Positions 10,687 to 18,583 of a stretch of DNA of 64,000 nt are shown here, in pieces. The notes under the pieces are model-generated. The model saw only the letters and a list, made by a program, of their open reading frames with translations, had not been told where the DNA came from and ran no database searches. The translations under genes were made by a program, and so were the position numbers. The first letter of the stretch is position 1; each line of letters begins with the position of its first letter. The DNA comes from an uncultured virus (IMG/VR IMGVR_UViG_3300042868_003000). Lineage: Duplodnaviria > Heunggongvirae > Uroviricota > Caudoviricetes. The DNA is taken from the IMG/VR virus record IMGVR_UViG_3300042868_003000. One strand, written 5' to 3'.

Positions 10687-10997
10687 TAACCTGTAATGAT
10701 TTGTTGTTGACCTGGAAGAATAATGCCTGTGCCGAAAATTTGGTCATAGTTTTTGACAAAATCTTCTGCTGGAACGTAGTAGTATACAATATGTTCACGC
10801 TTTAAGGCAATAGTAGAGTCTGATTTTTGTTCTGCATGGATTGGAAATGGCGCAAAACCTACGTTAGGTTGACCATCTTTACCACGTACAATGGCAATTC
10901 CTAATGGATTCTTAATCACCATTTCATTTTCATTCTCCGTTTCAACTTCACCAATAAGTTCTTCACCAGTTACTAATTTCATTGCATATATTTTCAT
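10686..10997 (-). CDS. Hypothetical Sm-like fold protein
   Basis: KLVTGEELIG N-terminus typical of small Sm-like proteins of T4-like phages. Confidence 0.55.
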   Translation of the reverse strand: MKIYAMKLVTGEELIGEVETENENEMVIKNPLGIAIVRGKDGQPNVGFAPFPIHAEQKSDSTIALKREHIVYYYVPAEDFVKNYDQIFGTGIILPGQQQIITG

Positions 10998-11041
10998 GTT
11001 AATCCTATCCTAAATAATTATATAGTGTGACCTGAACGTAG

Positions 11042-11070
11042 ATTATATCATTTTTTTGTTATAATGTCAA
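11042..11070 (-). promoter_or_regulatory. Sigma70 promoter for the gp43/uvsX/41 operon
   Basis: Minus strand TTGACA-17 nt-TATAAT, perfect consensus. Confidence 0.85.
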
Positions 11071-11093
11071 GTAAAAAAATGGTATAAAAAGAA

Positions 11094-11870
11094 ATGGATC
11101 CATTCACACTCTTTGCCCTCGCAAATGGTGCGGTTTCGGCAGTCAAAGCCGGATGTAAACTATACAAAGATATTAAAGGTGCAGCTGGGGAAGTCAAAGA
11201 CGTCCTCAAGGATCTTGACGACCAGTTCAAAAAGCTTCATCCACCTGAAAAACCTGCAAGTGTAGCACAAAGAAATGCCTACGTTTCGGAAAAAAATCGT
11301 GTAATTGAACTAAACAAAAAGGGTGGAGAAACTACCAATATCTATCAAGAGATTGGTGAACATCTAGGCACATACTATGATAACTTCTATAAGTGTATGG
11401 CTGTTTTTGAAGAAGAAGAAAAAAATGCTAAGACACAAGTCTATACCGGAGATGCATCATTAGGTAAACGTGCCTTACAACGTGTGCTTATGCGTAAACA
11501 GTTAGAACAAATGTCAGTTGATTTGCGTGAGTTGATGATTTATCAAAGTCCTCCAGAACTTGGTGCTTTATATACCGAAGTGGAAGAAATGATGAAAGAG
11601 ATGGGTAAAGAACAAAAGGTTCTTCTCATCAAACAAATGAAAGAACAAGCAATACTAGAAAAACGCCGTGCAGCACGAATGAGAAAAATTAGAGATGAAT
11701 TTGCTACAGGCGTTGCTGTTATGATTATAATTTTTGTTGTGGCTGGTTTGTTTATGTGGGTAGCATATGATAGACAACAGAAGTATCCACAATATGGTGA
11801 CGGATTAATTCCCAAATCTGAATATCAACGTAAATTAGAAGCACTACCAAAGGTATACGTAGGAAGATGA
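11094..11870 (+). CDS. Hypothetical helical protein with C-terminal transmembrane segment
   Basis: 258 aa; TM segment FATGVAVMIIIFVVAGLFMWVAY; TAAATA late-type element at 11011-11016 upstream. Confidence 0.7.
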   Translation: MDPFTLFALANGAVSAVKAGCKLYKDIKGAAGEVKDVLKDLDDQFKKLHPPEKPASVAQRNAYVSEKNRVIELNKKGGETTNIYQEIGEHLGTYYDNFYKCMAVFEEEEKNAKTQVYTGDASLGKRALQRVLMRKQLEQMSVDLRELMIYQSPPELGALYTEVEEMMKEMGKEQKVLLIKQMKEQAILEKRRAARMRKIRDEFATGVAVMIIIFVVAGLFMWVAYDRQQKYPQYGDGLIPKSEYQRKLEALPKVYVGR

Positions 11871-12148
11871 AAAATAAACTCTTATTCACTTTATTAACCA
11901 CTAGTGCAACACTTATGATTACACATCCAACCATCAATATAAACTTGATGCCGGATGCTGTCATATATACAAAAAGCATTTCAGAAGATACTGGTGCTTA
12001 TTGTAATTTGGAAAGAAGTTTTACGGATCCAAAAGGAATACAAGTTTGTGAATATAAATGTAATAATCAAAAAAGAGGAAGTAAACTTGTGCATACAACT
12101 TCTATAAACAATGCTAGGGCTTGTAAGTCTAGAGTACCTGCACCATGA
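11867..12148 (+). CDS. Small secreted Cys-containing protein
   Basis: Signal-peptide-like MKNKLLFTLLTTSATL; 4 Cys; ATGA overlap with the previous gene. Confidence 0.6.
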   Translation: MKNKLLFTLLTTSATLMITHPTININLMPDAVIYTKSISEDTGAYCNLERSFTDPKGIQVCEYKCNNQKRGSKLVHTTSINNARACKSRVPAP

Positions 12149-12173
12149 TATTTAATCCATATGGAGCCTTCGA

Positions 12174-12947
12174 TTGTTATATAGAATTTTTATTACTCTG
12201 TTATTTTTCACCATACTTCTTGGTCAATCACCAGTCAAAGCAGAATTCTTCACAGCCAAATCCTGGATTGTGTCGGATTTAAATGGCACTATATTAGGTG
12301 GTAAAGATTATGATAAGATTAGGCCTATTGCCAGTATAACAAAATTGTTAACTGTCATGGTTGTGATGGATACGAATCCTAACATGAGCCAGATGTTGAC
12401 AATGACTACAAAAATACGAGACAGGTTGCCAGTAAAAAACCAAGTTGTCAGTCGAGCAAATTTGGTTTCTATGACCATGATACACAGTAGTAATAGAGCC
12501 GCATATACACTATGTGAACATTATCCTGGTGGTATGCCGGCCTGTGTCAAGGCTATGAATGATAAGTTGAAAAAATTACAAATGGAAAAATCCATTGTTT
12601 ATGAACCAACAGGATTAGACGAAAGAAATGTTAGCACCGCAAGAGAATTGGTGACGTTGACAAAAGCTGCGGCAGAATACAGCAATATAGTTTATGCTAG
12701 CCGCAAGTTAGAAATAAAAATAAAAGTAAAGAAGAAATGGTTTGTTTTTCGTAACACAAACCCAATGATAGGACACTATCAAAATATAATAGTCAGTAAG
12801 ACTGGTTTTATAAATGAATCTGGTGGATGTATCACGATTCTATTAGACACAAGTGAAGGTGATAGAGTGGTTGTTGTATTGGGTAGTAAGAATACAAAGA
12901 CAAGAATTCCTGAAGCGGAATTTATATATGAAGTGTATAAGGATTAA
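12174..12947 (+). CDS. Peptidase S11 D-Ala-D-Ala carboxy/endopeptidase (PBP7-like)
   Basis: Signal peptide; SxxK (ASITK), SxN (SSN) and KTG motifs. Confidence 0.9.
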   Translation: MLYRIFITLLFFTILLGQSPVKAEFFTAKSWIVSDLNGTILGGKDYDKIRPIASITKLLTVMVVMDTNPNMSQMLTMTTKIRDRLPVKNQVVSRANLVSMTMIHSSNRAAYTLCEHYPGGMPACVKAMNDKLKKLQMEKSIVYEPTGLDERNVSTARELVTLTKAAAEYSNIVYASRKLEIKIKVKKKWFVFRNTNPMIGHYQNIIVSKTGFINESGGCITILLDTSEGDRVVVVLGSKNTKTRIPEAEFIYEVYKD

Positions 12948-13020
12948 TGGTTGCGGGTCACGGAGTCGAACCGGAACTGAGGATTATGAGCCCACTGTGA
13001 TACCATTTCACCAACCCGCT
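12948..13020 (-). tRNA. tRNA-Met (CAU), initiator-like
   Basis: Cloverleaf with GGG-CTCATAA anticodon arm, unpaired 1:72 and CCA end; stems slightly degenerate. Confidence 0.75.
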
Positions 13021-13023
13021 ATA

Positions 13024-13260
13024 TTAGTTGTCGTATAAACCTAATCTTTGATTTTCTGCCACCATGGCATCTAAAGACTTTTCCCGTCTTTGACGTTCTA
13101 GATTTTCCTCTAAGATTCTATCAAATTCTTCTTGTTCGATTTTATCTTCTTCTAATTCTTTTGGTGATTTTTTTCTAAAAATATTGTCGTAGTTATTACC
13201 AAATGTTTCCTGTGAAACACTAAACGGCCTTGGACTAGAACCTTTACCACCAGCAGACAT
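13024..13260 (-). CDS. Hypothetical protein
   Basis: 78 aa; MSAGGKGSSPRP N-terminus; GGAG RBS. Confidence 0.65.
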   Translation of the reverse strand: MSAGGKGSSPRPFSVSQETFGNNYDNIFRKKSPKELEEDKIEQEEFDRILEENLERQRREKSLDAMVAENQRLGLYDN

Positions 13261-13262
13261 GT

Positions 13263-13508
13263 TTACTCTCCGTAGATGTAAGCTATGTCTTCAATCTTCA
13301 CCACGAAATAATCTTGCACTGCTGCGGCCTTGCCCCAGTCTGGTTGAACCACATCACCGACCTGGACTTCTGTAACATCCGGACCAACTGCAAGTACTCT
13401 TGCTTTATCTGGATCTTCGGAATGTTTTAGGATGATGCCTGAAGCGGTCTCTTTGACATTCTCAATACGTTCAATCAATACTTTATCATGCAAGGGTTTA
13501 ATATTCAT
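13263..13508 (-). CDS. groES: Co-chaperonin GroES (Cpn10)
   Basis: Start corrected to MNIKPLHDKVLIER after a GAGG RBS; ETASGIIL, VLAVGP. Confidence 0.9.
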   Translation of the reverse strand: MNIKPLHDKVLIERIENVKETASGIILKHSEDPDKARVLAVGPDVTEVQVGDVVQPDWGKAAAVQDYFVVKIEDIAYIYGE

Positions 13509-13521
13509 AGTGTCCTCAAAA

Positions 13522-13588
13522 TGGAGCGGTCTACTGCTTTGCTCAGTTAACATAAGGGGGTACCTTATATCGTACTATTACAAACCGC
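13522..13588 (-). tRNA. Non-canonical 67-nt tRNA-Gly-like RNA (apparent anticodon ACC)
   Basis: GCGGTTT/AGACCGC acceptor stem + U73 + CCA; 3-bp D stem with tetraloop; 7-bp anticodon stem; T loop AGCAAAG. Confidence 0.65.
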
Positions 13589-13594
13589 ATTAAA

Positions 13595-13668
13595 TGGAGC
13601 AGAGTGTGGGAATCGAACCCACGACACCAACTTGGAAGGATGGAGTTTTACCATTAAACTAACCCTGC
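13595..13668 (-). tRNA. tRNA-Gly (UCC)
   Basis: Cloverleaf, loop CTTCCAA, TTCGATT, U73-CCA. Confidence 0.92.
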
Positions 13669-13678
13669 AATTCTATAC

Positions 13679-13753
13679 TGGAGCGGGTAGAGGGAATCGA
13701 ACCCTCAACTAAACCTTGGCAAGGTCTTGTGTTACCACTAGCACCATACCCGC
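13679..13753 (-). tRNA. tRNA-Gly (GCC)
   Basis: Cloverleaf, loop TTGCCAA, U73-CCA. Confidence 0.93.
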
Positions 13754-13764
13754 ATCATGTGTGT

Positions 13765-13793
13765 ATTATATAGGCTTTACATTGTCTTGTCAA
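13765..13793 (-). promoter_or_regulatory. Sigma70 promoter for the tRNA-Gly trio/groES unit
   Basis: TTGACA-17-TATAAT just upstream of tRNA-Gly(GCC). Confidence 0.85.
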
Positions 13794-13802
13794 GCATATT
13801 TT

Positions 13803-15752
13803 TTAGGTAATTAATTGTCCTGTTTCCTCAAACCAAAGATAATCTAATACTGAGGTATTTAAAGTCTCTATGGCTTGCTTTGGTGTTTCTACCAAAGGTT
13901 TGCCGGCAAGGTTAAAACTGGTATTTAAAAGAATCCCATGACCCGAAAGTTTTTTAAATTCAACCAAAAGGTCATACAAGTATCCTTCGGATACGGTCTG
14001 TACTCTACATGTGTTATCTACATGAGTGACACCAGGAATTAAATCGGTTTTAACATCAAATGATTGTGTCATAAACAAATTCTTTTTGGTTCTACCCATA
14101 TCGAAATATAACTCAGCATCTTCTTCTAGTACAACAACAGCAAATGGTCTGTACCATTCTCTACGTTTAATTTTATTAACAATGTCCTTCGCATCAGCAT
14201 TTAGAGCATTAAACAAAATTGAACGGTTGCCTAATGCACGTTGGCCAGCTTCAGCCAGACCAGTATATACTGCAACAGATTTATTATCGTAAAGTAATTT
14301 TGCAATATCATTCACTGATGCATCAACACCTTTATAGGATGTAACATCATGTTTAAATCCATGAAATGAAATACTTTTCTGTGGACGAATCTTTGTGTCA
14401 CCAGTTTCTTTACGATAATGACGCATTGCTATGCCAATGGAAAGGCCACTATCAATAGATAATGGTTCAAAGTAGAATTCAACATCCGGAAACTTTTCCG
14501 TGTAATATGAATTAGCTAAAATGTTCATTCCATAACCACCGCAAATACAAACTTTCTTTAATCCAGTTTTGTCTATTGCTTTTTTAATTAAATTAACAGC
14601 CACATCTTGTGTTTGTAATTGTAAGTCTTTAGCTAAATTCGCATAAGGCTTATAATTGGTTTTAGATATCAATCTCTGTACTGGTAAATCAGGCAACAGT
14701 ATTAATGATTCTGGTCCACCACGTTGAAGACCTTTTTTTTCTTCAACAGCTTTGTATTTAAAATTGGATGGATAACCATTTGGTGGCTCAAACAAAGGTA
14801 TAAAATCATGGCATTCACACACGAATTTATCACAGTCAACAAAATAATCATTTTTGGTATAGATATTTCCTGTTGGTGTTCCGTAAGAAGAAAGACCCAT
14901 AGCCTTGCCCGCTTCATCAGCTGTTTCACCAATTTGTAACGCACCTGCACTATACAATAAACCTATACCCATGTAATTACCGAAATGCACTTCACAATCA
15001 GGTAATTGTTTATTTAAACGTTCTATTTCTTTTGAATAGTCATGTCCTGAATATGAACCGTAATTTTTGTAAATTGGTTTAATTGGGTCTTTATAATTTG
15101 CAACATATAAAGATTCCGATTCTTTATAAGTCAAATATTTTCCAGTTTCTGCGGTTGCAAATGAAATTTCACCTGCACCATCGGCAACAAATACTATTGC
15201 TTCATCGAAACCACTATTATAAAAAGATAAAGCCGCATGATTGAGGTGATGATTACTATCATATTCAATTATAGGAAATTGTTTGTATTTTTTATAATAA
15301 TTTAATAGAAAATATCTAACATCTTCGGATGTTTTTTCCCATCCTTCTTCAATTTTTTTATAATTTTCTAATTGAATTAATTCTTCTGGTAAGTTATGTT
15401 TAATAGGAACGTCTAGTTCGTTTTCTAAATTTTCTGGATTCACACCAGTAAAAAACATTGGTGTACCTAATGCTTTTTTTGCCATTGTTGGCATAACTTT
15501 TGTAATTTTCTTGAACAAAGATTCATCATAATTGTGGTTGTTATGGATGCAGATTGCATGAAAACCACCAACAATAATTTTATCAAAAGTCAAATTGGTT
15601 TTCAATACGTTATGAAAACAGTTTTGCAATCGGTCATCATGTTTTTCACCACTATAACGTTCTTCTAAAAAATAAGTAATATTCTTACCGTCATAAATGC
15701 AACAAGAAGAATCGTGTGTTGCATGTTCACTATGTATAGCTAAAATTCTCAT
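13803..15752 (-). CDS. Carbamoyltransferase (NodU/CmcH family)
   Basis: Start MRILAIHSEH after GGAGG; HDSS, EERY, HHLNHA, GKAMGLSSYG, RALGNRS, KRREWYRPFA, LLNTSFN. Confidence 0.92.
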   Translation of the reverse strand: MRILAIHSEHATHDSSCCIYDGKNITYFLEERYSGEKHDDRLQNCFHNVLKTNLTFDKIIVGGFHAICIHNNHNYDESLFKKITKVMPTMAKKALGTPMFFTGVNPENLENELDVPIKHNLPEELIQLENYKKIEEGWEKTSEDVRYFLLNYYKKYKQFPIIEYDSNHHLNHAALSFYNSGFDEAIVFVADGAGEISFATAETGKYLTYKESESLYVANYKDPIKPIYKNYGSYSGHDYSKEIERLNKQLPDCEVHFGNYMGIGLLYSAGALQIGETADEAGKAMGLSSYGTPTGNIYTKNDYFVDCDKFVCECHDFIPLFEPPNGYPSNFKYKAVEEKKGLQRGGPESLILLPDLPVQRLISKTNYKPYANLAKDLQLQTQDVAVNLIKKAIDKTGLKKVCICGGYGMNILANSYYTEKFPDVEFYFEPLSIDSGLSIGIAMRHYRKETGDTKIRPQKSISFHGFKHDVTSYKGVDASVNDIAKLLYDNKSVAVYTGLAEAGQRALGNRSILFNALNADAKDIVNKIKRREWYRPFAVVVLEEDAELYFDMGRTKKNLFMTQSFDVKTDLIPGVTHVDNTCRVQTVSEGYLYDLLVEFKKLSGHGILLNTSFNLAGKPLVETPKQAIETLNTSVLDYLWFEETGQLIT

Positions 15753-15766
15753 AAATCCTCCAAATT

Positions 15767-15850
15767 TGGTACGAGTAACCGGAGTCGAACCGGTACGCAC
15801 AAGGCGGCAGATTTTAAGTCTGCTGGGTCTACCAATTCCCCCATACTCGC
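15767..15850 (-). tRNA. tRNA-Leu (UAA)
   Basis: Cloverleaf with long variable arm, loop CTTAAAA, CCA. Confidence 0.92.
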
Positions 15851-15851
15851 A

Positions 15852-16433
15852 TCACATGGTAGGTCCGTTTCCATTACGGAAACCGACCTCACCACCTTCT
15901 TCTTTAATTCTTTTGATAACATCTTCAAAAAGAATCGGTCTAAAATCTGTTTGTTCAACACAAACACAATGATATCTAGTATCAATTTCAGGCTTAGCTT
16001 TTGCATGTTTAGCAATCTTTACCCGATTTGCATGAAGGTGTCCATGAATGTTTACACCGAAACGACCAAGACTTTCCTCATGAATGGGAATATGAGACAG
16101 AATCATTCCGTTCATTACATGATAAGCACGTAGTTCACGGAAGTGTTGTCTGTATTCTTCATCACGAAAAATATCGTGGTTACCACGAATTAGAACCTTG
16201 TCACCGTTAAGTCTATACAGAGTACTCATTGCTTTACGGTTGATAACAACATCACCAAGATGATATACTTTATCATTTGGTCTGACTGTTTCGTTCCATC
16301 GCTTCACCATTTCTTCATCCATTTCATCAGGATTATCCCATGGCCTAAGCTTCGTCACACCATCATCACGTAGAAATCTACACACACCAGCGTGGCCAAA
16401 GTGTGTGTCACTTACTAAGAATACGCTTGGCAT
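15852..16433 (-). CDS. Calcineurin-like metallophosphoesterase
   Basis: SDTHFGH, HLGD, GNHD and HGHLH motifs; start MPSVF after AGGAG. Confidence 0.9.
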   Translation of the reverse strand: MPSVFLVSDTHFGHAGVCRFLRDDGVTKLRPWDNPDEMDEEMVKRWNETVRPNDKVYHLGDVVINRKAMSTLYRLNGDKVLIRGNHDIFRDEEYRQHFRELRAYHVMNGMILSHIPIHEESLGRFGVNIHGHLHANRVKIAKHAKAKPEIDTRYHCVCVEQTDFRPILFEDVIKRIKEEGGEVGFRNGNGPTM

Positions 16434-16451
16434 AATAAACTCCTTATTAAA

Positions 16452-16526
16452 TGGTCCGGCGTGCAGGAATCGAACCCACATTCACGGTGTAGAAGACCGC
16501 TGTATTATCCATTATACTAACGCCGG
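16452..16526 (-). tRNA. tRNA-Arg (UCU)
   Basis: Cloverleaf, GCGGT-CTTCTAC-ACCGT arm, CCA. Confidence 0.9.
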
Positions 16527-16532
16527 AATGTT

Positions 16533-16609
16533 TGGTGCCCCAGAGGAGAGTCGAACTCCTAAAATTTGGCTTCTAAGACCAACACGTATACCAATTCCGT
16601 CACCGGGGC
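16533..16609 (-). tRNA. tRNA-Leu (UAG), short variable loop
   Basis: TTGGT-CTTAGAA-GCCAA arm; only about 4-5 nt variable region; A73-CCA. Confidence 0.85.
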
Positions 16610-16622
16610 AATAAATACTAAC

Positions 16623-16847
16623 ATGATACCAACTTCAAAAAGACCTACAGTAGAAATGTTTTACGGATTATATGCACATCAAACATATGAGCCTAATGGT
16701 TACTACTGTATTGATTCTGAATTTGTTCCATCATATGATACTAAGATAAAAACTTTTGAAGATGATGAATTATATATCACACAAGAAAAAGAATTTATCT
16801 TAACAACATTAAAACAAGTTGGTGCTCCTACTAAGAATCGAACTTAG
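16623..16847 (+). CDS. Small hypothetical protein antisense within the tRNA array
   Basis: 74 aa MIPTSKRPTVEMFYG...; fills an AT-rich spacer; ATAAATA element at 16611-16617; 3' end overlaps tRNA-Thr. Confidence 0.5.
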   Translation: MIPTSKRPTVEMFYGLYAHQTYEPNGYYCIDSEFVPSYDTKIKTFEDDELYITQEKEFILTTLKQVGAPTKNRT

Positions 16848-16893
16848 GATACATCCTTACCATGGATGTGGTATGCCATTTACCTATAAGAGC
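16820..16893 (-). tRNA. tRNA-Thr (GGU)
   Basis: CATCC-ATGGTAA-GGATG arm, CCA. Confidence 0.9.
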
Positions 16894-16894
16894 A

Positions 16895-16971
16895 TGGTAC
16901 CCAAGGTGGGATTCGAGCCCACATCACCTTGCTTTTGAGACAAGTACGTATACCTATTCCGTCACTTGGGT
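16895..16971 (-). tRNA. tRNA-Leu (CAA), short variable loop
   Basis: CTTGT-CTCAAAA-GCAAG arm; short variable region; D arm nearly identical to Leu-UAG. Confidence 0.85.
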
Positions 16972-16976
16972 ATTAT

Positions 16977-17052
16977 TGGTGCCAATAAACGGAGTCGAAC
17001 CGCTGACACATAGATTTTCAGTCTACTGCTCTACCACCTGAGCTATATTGGC
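16977..17052 (-). tRNA. tRNA-Phe (GAA)
   Basis: Canonical cloverleaf, loop CTGAAAA. Confidence 0.93.
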
Positions 17053-17056
17053 ATGT

Positions 17057-17131
17057 TGGTACCCCGTGACAGTTTCGAACTGCCGACCTTCGCCGTGTAA
17101 AAGCACTGCTCTACCACTGAGCTAACGGGGC
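17057..17131 (-). tRNA. tRNA-Val (UAC)
   Basis: Cloverleaf, loop TTTACAC, CCA. Confidence 0.88.
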
Positions 17132-17136
17132 ATATT

Positions 17137-17211
17137 TGGGGAGAAATACCAGGATCGAACTGGTGATAACGGAATCACAACCCGTGGTTTTACCACTAAA
17201 CTAATTTCTCC
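17137..17211 (-). tRNA. tRNA-His (GUG)
   Basis: Loop TTGTGAT; encoded G-1 opposite C73. Confidence 0.92.
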
Positions 17212-17214
17212 ATA

Positions 17215-17700
17215 TTACTGAATTTCTTCCTGTTCTGCCAGAATTCTTTTCAATCTGTCAGCACAGAAACTTGCAGCAGGTGCATCTGGTTTAACCATTG
17301 GTGTCATGTTACATGTACCTTTAATATAACCAATCGCTTGCTGAACAACACATGAACTACCATGAATATCATCTTTATTCAAATCAAGATGAACTTCAAC
17401 ATGATAATCTTCCAACACTTCTGCTAATGATTGGAACAATTCTGAAACTTTATAAACTTCAGTCATCAACCTCATAGCAGGTTTACTTTTCTTATGGTCG
17501 TAATCCAATTCACGGTGAACATATCCGAAAATCTTACAACCATGTCGGCCATCAATATGAACTACAACTGCTAGAGCATAGTCAGCATACCAAACACCAT
17601 TTACCCTGATTCTTTCAGAGTCGGCACCAAGATAAACCTTGGTATCAGGACCTTGATTTGCAAGGTATTGTCTGACTTCTTCTATATTGAAATTTTTCAT
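17215..17700 (-). CDS. RNase H-like YkuK (DUF458) family protein
   Basis: VYLGADS...RLMTEV...EVHLDLN...VKPDAPAASFCAD pattern; start MKNFNIEE after AAGGTGA. Confidence 0.8.
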   Translation of the reverse strand: MKNFNIEEVRQYLANQGPDTKVYLGADSERIRVNGVWYADYALAVVVHIDGRHGCKIFGYVHRELDYDHKKSKPAMRLMTEVYKVSELFQSLAEVLEDYHVEVHLDLNKDDIHGSSCVVQQAIGYIKGTCNMTPMVKPDAPAASFCADRLKRILAEQEEIQ

Positions 17701-17721
17701 ATTAATCACCTTTTTTAAAAT

Positions 17722-17795
17722 TGGCATCCCGCCAGGGACTCGAACCCCGACTAATGGTTTTGGAGACCATCGTGCTGCCATTACACCAGCGAGAT
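17722..17795 (-). tRNA. tRNA-Trp (CCA)
   Basis: ATGGT-CTCCAAA-ACCAT arm, G73-CCA. Confidence 0.92.
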
Positions 17796-17799
17796 ATAT

Positions 17800-17874
17800 T
17801 GGTCCTCTCGAAAGGAATCGAACCTTAGGTCTTTCGGTTATCAGCCGAATGCTCTACCATTGAGCTACAAGAGG
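17800..17874 (-). tRNA. tRNA-Ile (GAU)
   Basis: TTCGG-CTGATAA-CCGAA arm. Confidence 0.92.
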
Positions 17875-17878
17875 ATAT

Positions 17879-17953
17879 TGGAGGGCGATGAGAGAATCAA
17901 ACTCCCACTTCAAGGTTCGTAGCCTTGTGTAATATTCATTTTACTAATCGCCC
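17879..17953 (-). tRNA. tRNA-Arg (ACG)
   Basis: CAAGG-CTACGAA-CCTTG arm, CCA. Confidence 0.88.
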
Positions 17954-17959
17954 ATAATT

Positions 17960-18034
17960 TGGTGGTTCAGGTGAGAATCGAACTCACACAACGCACCGTA
18001 TGAAGATGCTGCACTGCCACTATGCTACTGAACC
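17960..18034 (-). tRNA. tRNA-Met (CAU), probably elongator
   Basis: GCATC-TTCATAC-GGTGC arm, paired 1:72, CCA. Confidence 0.85.
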
Positions 18035-18038
18035 TAAT

Positions 18039-18113
18039 TGGTGGAGGCCGAGGAAATCGAATCCTTCTAGTCACGATCCTTGCAAGGGAACGCCGCAGCC
18101 CACTGCTGCCCCC
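18039..18113 (-). tRNA. tRNA-Ala (UGC), atypical compact D arm
   Basis: G3:U70 and A73; D arm GCAG-TGGG-CTGC; extended anticodon stem; loop CTTGCAA. Confidence 0.8.
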
Positions 18114-18121
18114 AAAAAAAC

Positions 18122-18197
18122 TGGTCTCCCTGCAAGGATTCGAACCTTGACCACACGGCCCCAAACCGTGTACGCAACCTGATAACGCTTCAGAGAG
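18122..18197 (-). tRNA. tRNA-Pro (UGG)
   Basis: CACGG-TTTGGGG-CCGTG arm, C1:G72, CCA. Confidence 0.9.
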
Positions 18198-18203
18198 AAA
18201 AAC

Positions 18204-18277
18204 TGGTGCCCCATGACAGAATCGAACTGCCGTAACCTGATTACAAAACAGGTGTAATGCCATTATACTAATAGGGC
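18204..18277 (-). tRNA. tRNA-Thr (UGU)
   Basis: Loop TTTGTAA, CCA. Confidence 0.9.
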
Positions 18278-18284
18278 GAAATAA

Positions 18285-18500
18285 AATGCTCTGCGTCCTG
18301 CGGCGGTAATTATATCGCATCAGAAATTTGGTCAGATTTTACTCCAATTAATCTTTCATCACGCACGACCTCCACCCGCTTCCCGACCAGGACCGTTCTC
18401 GCATTGCCAGCGCCACTTCGGTAAGAGTGGTACCACCCTTGAGAGTCACCTCACTTCTTATCCTGCGGGTCACAGTATCCGCTAACCAAGCGGAACGTAT
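18285..18500 (-). ncRNA. Unidentified structured RNA A (about 215 nt)
   Basis: GC-rich spacer between tRNA-Asn and tRNA-Thr with several hairpins and long-range pairings (ACCCGC/GCGGGT, GGTGGTA/TACCGCC, GTCCTG/CAGGAC). Confidence 0.6.
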
Positions 18501-18575
18501 TGGCTCCAGAGGCAGGGATCGAACCTACGACCAATTGATTAACAGTCAACTGCACTACCGCTGTGCTACTCTGGA
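18501..18575 (-). tRNA. tRNA-Asn (GUU)
   Basis: Loop CTGTTAA, G73-CCA. Confidence 0.93.
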
Positions 18576-18583
18576 ATAAAACT

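Noticed and set aside
16452..16526. Amber suppressor tRNA (CUA) or recoded genetic code
   Set aside because: CTA appears only if the loop is read off-centre; the centred anticodon is TCT, and core genes are intact in the standard code
18039..18113. tmRNA
   Set aside because: Has G3:U70 but also a complete UGC anticodon arm in 75 nt and no tag reading frame
18285..18500. T-box, SAM-I or cobalamin riboswitch
   Set aside because: Short look-alike words (AAGGGTGGTACC, GGTGGAGG..GATGAAA, GGGAAGCGGGTG) occur, but the order and flanking helices do not fit and no regulated CDS follows
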